In this document: piece after piece, positions 34,690 through 36,714 of the stretch
Layout of the letters: every line of letters starts with the position of its first letter
Position numbering within the stretch: the stretch's first letter is position 1
DNA from: an uncultured archaeon
Lineage (GTDB): Archaea > Aenigmatarchaeota > Aenigmatarchaeia > CG10238-14
Length of the DNA stretch: 36,714 nucleotides
Reading direction: 5' to 3'
Assembly: GCA_964392445.1 (NCBI GenBank)
Contig: CAYMPD010000011.1
Span: 1 to 36,714 of the forward strand
Translations under genes and position numbers: made by a program
The notes under the pieces: generated by a model
Database searches by the model: none
Told to the model about the DNA's origin: nothing
Seen by the model: the letters and a program-made list of their open reading frames with translations, nothing else

Positions 34690-36714
34690 TTGGGGGTGGA
34701 CAATATAAAAAATGTTAGTTTAGATAATCCTAGAAAATCTACCTCTAATCATATTTTTAACAGAAGGTCCCATGTCTATCCCCAATTGGGTCCTTCTGGT
34801 TTTTCCTTTGATTTAAAGAAAGTGATATTACCCTTATTAGTAGTCATCTTAATAGTAACATCATCAATTAAATCCCAATTATCGGAACTTCAAGAAGAGA
34901 AGAGCACAAAAATTATTGAGAATGATTTATCTGGATCGATAAGCCCACATTTAGGGGAAAACCGAAGAAATCTAATGAGTGAAAAAAATAAATATCAAAA
35001 TAAAAGTGTTGAGAATATAACCAACAAATCGACTACAACAGTTATTCCCATAACTAAAACAACTGTGGTTCAAACGTCAACTACAACTAAAACAACATCA
35101 AGTTTGGAAATATCTACTTCCACTTCAACGACTTCTGTTATTGGTGAATTCACATCCACAATGATAACTTCAACTTTAGATTCCAGTACAACTTCTACAC
35201 AAATGATTACCCCCGAAAGCAGCACTACCTTAGACCCAACAAACTCTCAAGTTACATCCACGTCAGTGGTAATTACTCCCACATTAGATACTAGCACAAC
35301 CTCTACTGTAACAACAGCGTTAGATCCCACAACAACTATAGTCACTCCCATACTAGGCCCTACCACTACTGAAAGATCAACTACAACTAAAACAACATCA
35401 AGTTTGGAAATATCTACTTCCACTTCAACGACTTCTGTTATTGGTGAATTCACATCCACAATGATAACTTCAACAACCAAAATCGAGGATAATACTGAAA
35501 AAGTAATTACAAGTACCACGATTAGAGAAAAAGAAAAAATACGATCAGAAGAATTAGAGTTAGTTCAGGAAAAAGCTGAGATAGGTAGATATGTTAAATG
35601 GGAAAAGCATATCTCTGTGAAAAACAAACAGCAAATTAGAGCGGAGAGAATAGTAGAATTTGAAGTACCGTCCCAATCTAAAAATGTTGAAGTTAAAGGG
35701 AAAGTAAAATTACTATCAAAAATTGTAAGGGAAAGAAAGATTCGTTCTAAAATTATGAGAAATGTGGATAAAGACTACAAAGTTATTAGATTTTCAGATG
35801 ATTTTGAACCATCTGAAGAAAAGATATATACCATTAATTTTGAAACCCCCGCTCCGGAAAAAATAGAAAGCCCTCCAGAAGAGAAAGAAGGTAAATGGAA
35901 AAAGGAAATTAAAGTGGTTAGTGATGATTCTTTACATTACAAGGATGTTCTGAGTTATACTGATATTAAAGAATCCGAAAGAGAAAGAATTCATCTTTAC
36001 TGGATGATTGATGGTGAAAAGGTGGATGTCATAGATGACCCGAGATTTAATGTTAAAATGATTGATACCAATGATAATGGGCTGATCGACAGACTGGAAT
36101 GGATTGTTCCTGAGTTGTCAGAGCAGACTTTTGTTGTGGAGATTGATATTACTGTTCTTAATCCTTACACCTACTTGCGAGATGGTGAAACCTGGACAGT
36201 TGCTTTCAATACTACTGGTACTGCTGATCTGACTATATCTTCTCCTAATGCTGGTTGGACTGAGTTATTGACGGATAATCCTGACACTTTTGACGAGATG
36301 GAATTCTTGGATTTGAGATGTGGGGAGGAATCTCTGAAAGATAGTTTGCAACTGATTGATTTTGAAGGAAATTACTATAATTATGATGAATTAACTGAGC
36401 AGAGTTATATTGATGTTGAAAAATTCTTGATAGAGGACTACACCTGCCAGGAAACAGGTTACTTTTCCAACTACATGCATAAGGCTGGTTATGCTACACT
36501 GAAATTTGAATATAGTAGCGAGAATTATTCGGTTAGTGATTATGCTTATGATCCTCCTCAGTGGTCTGGTAATAAAACTAGACCTATGAATGATGCCCAA
36601 TATTCACCACATCAATCTTATCAGTTCAACATCACTTGGGCGGAGATGGATGACGCAGTCCTAATAGAACACAACTTCACTGGATCATCCACACCACACA
36701 ACGACTCATTCACT
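34690..36714 (+). CDS. Large membrane-anchored surface protein, N-terminal part (runs off window)
   Basis: Frame open from TAA 34681-34683 to the window end (about 675 codons). TTG 34690 or GTG 34696 start, TM KKVILPLLVVILIVT, Thr/Ser stalk, then VKW.K, ETPAP, DTNDNGLID..EW.VP.LS.Q.F, W.V.FNTTG.A.L. Confidence 0.85.
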   Translation, partial: MGVDNIKNVSLDNPRKSTSNHIFNRRSHVYPQLGPSGFSFDLKKVILPLLVVILIVTSSIKSQLSELQEEKSTKIIENDLSGSISPHLGENRRNLMSEKNKYQNKSVENITNKSTTTVIPITKTTVVQTSTTTKTTSSLEISTSTSTTSVIGEFTSTMITSTLDSSTTSTQMITPESSTTLDPTNSQVTSTSVVITPTLDTSTTSTVTTALDPTTTIVTPILGPTTTERSTTTKTTSSLEISTSTSTTSVIGEFTSTMITSTTKIEDNTEKVITSTTIREKEKIRSEELELVQEKAEIGRYVKWEKHISVKNKQQIRAERIVEFEVPSQSKNVEVKGKVKLLSKIVRERKIRSKIMRNVDKDYKVIRFSDDFEPSEEKIYTINFETPAPEKIESPPEEKEGKWKKEIKVVSDDSLHYKDVLSYTDIKESERERIHLYWMIDGEKVDVIDDPRFNVKMIDTNDNGLIDRLEWIVPELSEQTFVVEIDITVLNPYTYLRDGETWTVAFNTTGTADLTISSPNAGWTELLTDNPDTFDEMEFLDLRCGEESLKDSLQLIDFEGNYYNYDELTEQSYIDVEKFLIEDYTCQETGYFSNYMHKAGYATLKFEYSSENYSVSDYAYDPPQWSGNKTRPMNDAQYSPHQSYQFNITWAEMDDAVLIEHNFTGSSTPHNDSFT
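35077..35474 (+). repeat. Exact 98-bp direct repeat (35077-35174 and 35377-35474)
   Basis: Identical copies exactly 300 bp apart, encoding STTTKTTSSLEISTSTSTTSVIGEFTSTMITST. Confidence 0.95.

Noticed and set aside
34690-34710. Genome-wide non-AUG initiation (ATA at 34705 after GGGGGTG)
   Set aside because: In-frame TTG and GTG are available here; only the GT4 gene truly lacks a canonical start.
35247-35519. Val-rich 90-aa minus-strand ORF
   Set aside because: Antisense image of Thr codons (ACN read as NGT or GTN) in the surface-protein stalk.
1-36714. CRISPR array, tRNA/rRNA genes, IS transposases
   Set aside because: No regularly spaced repeats, cloverleaf-like or rRNA-like segments, or transposase motifs seen by eye; not confirmed computationally.

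Overview
AT-rich archaeal chromosome fragment. Archaeal markers are aIF-1A, Trm56, type II GAPDH, archaeal-type TPI and class I aldolase; a DPANN-like lineage is my inference. About 29 kb (0.6-29.5 kb) is one dense carbohydrate cluster. It holds glucan synthesis and breakdown genes (eukaryote-type GT3 glycogen synthase, GalT-family nucleotidyltransferase, GH133-type debranching enzyme, GH15, three GH57s, a GT4). It also holds nearly all of Embden-Meyerhof glycolysis/gluconeogenesis (PGM/PMM, double-SIS protein, two PfkB kinases, FBA, TPI, GAPDH, PGK, iPGM, enolase, PEP synthase-like protein). Two apparent insertions interrupt it: a membrane-anchored Mrr-type nuclease, and a HEPN/MNT pair flanked by related GC-rich motifs. 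Next come mscL, an LrpA/Ptr2-type regulator divergent from an oxidative-stress operon, aIF-1A and trm56. A membrane-tethered wHTH regulator coupled to a Cys-rich lipoprotein follows, and finally a large Thr-rich surface-protein ORF that runs off the window and is missing from the ORF track. The strongest oddities are the PEP synthase with a degenerate ATP-binding domain, the membrane nuclease, the GT4 with no canonical start and an E-to-Q motif change, and the membrane regulator/lipoprotein pair. No rRNA, tRNA, CRISPR array or transposase was recognised. Family calls come from motif recognition by eye; no searches were run.
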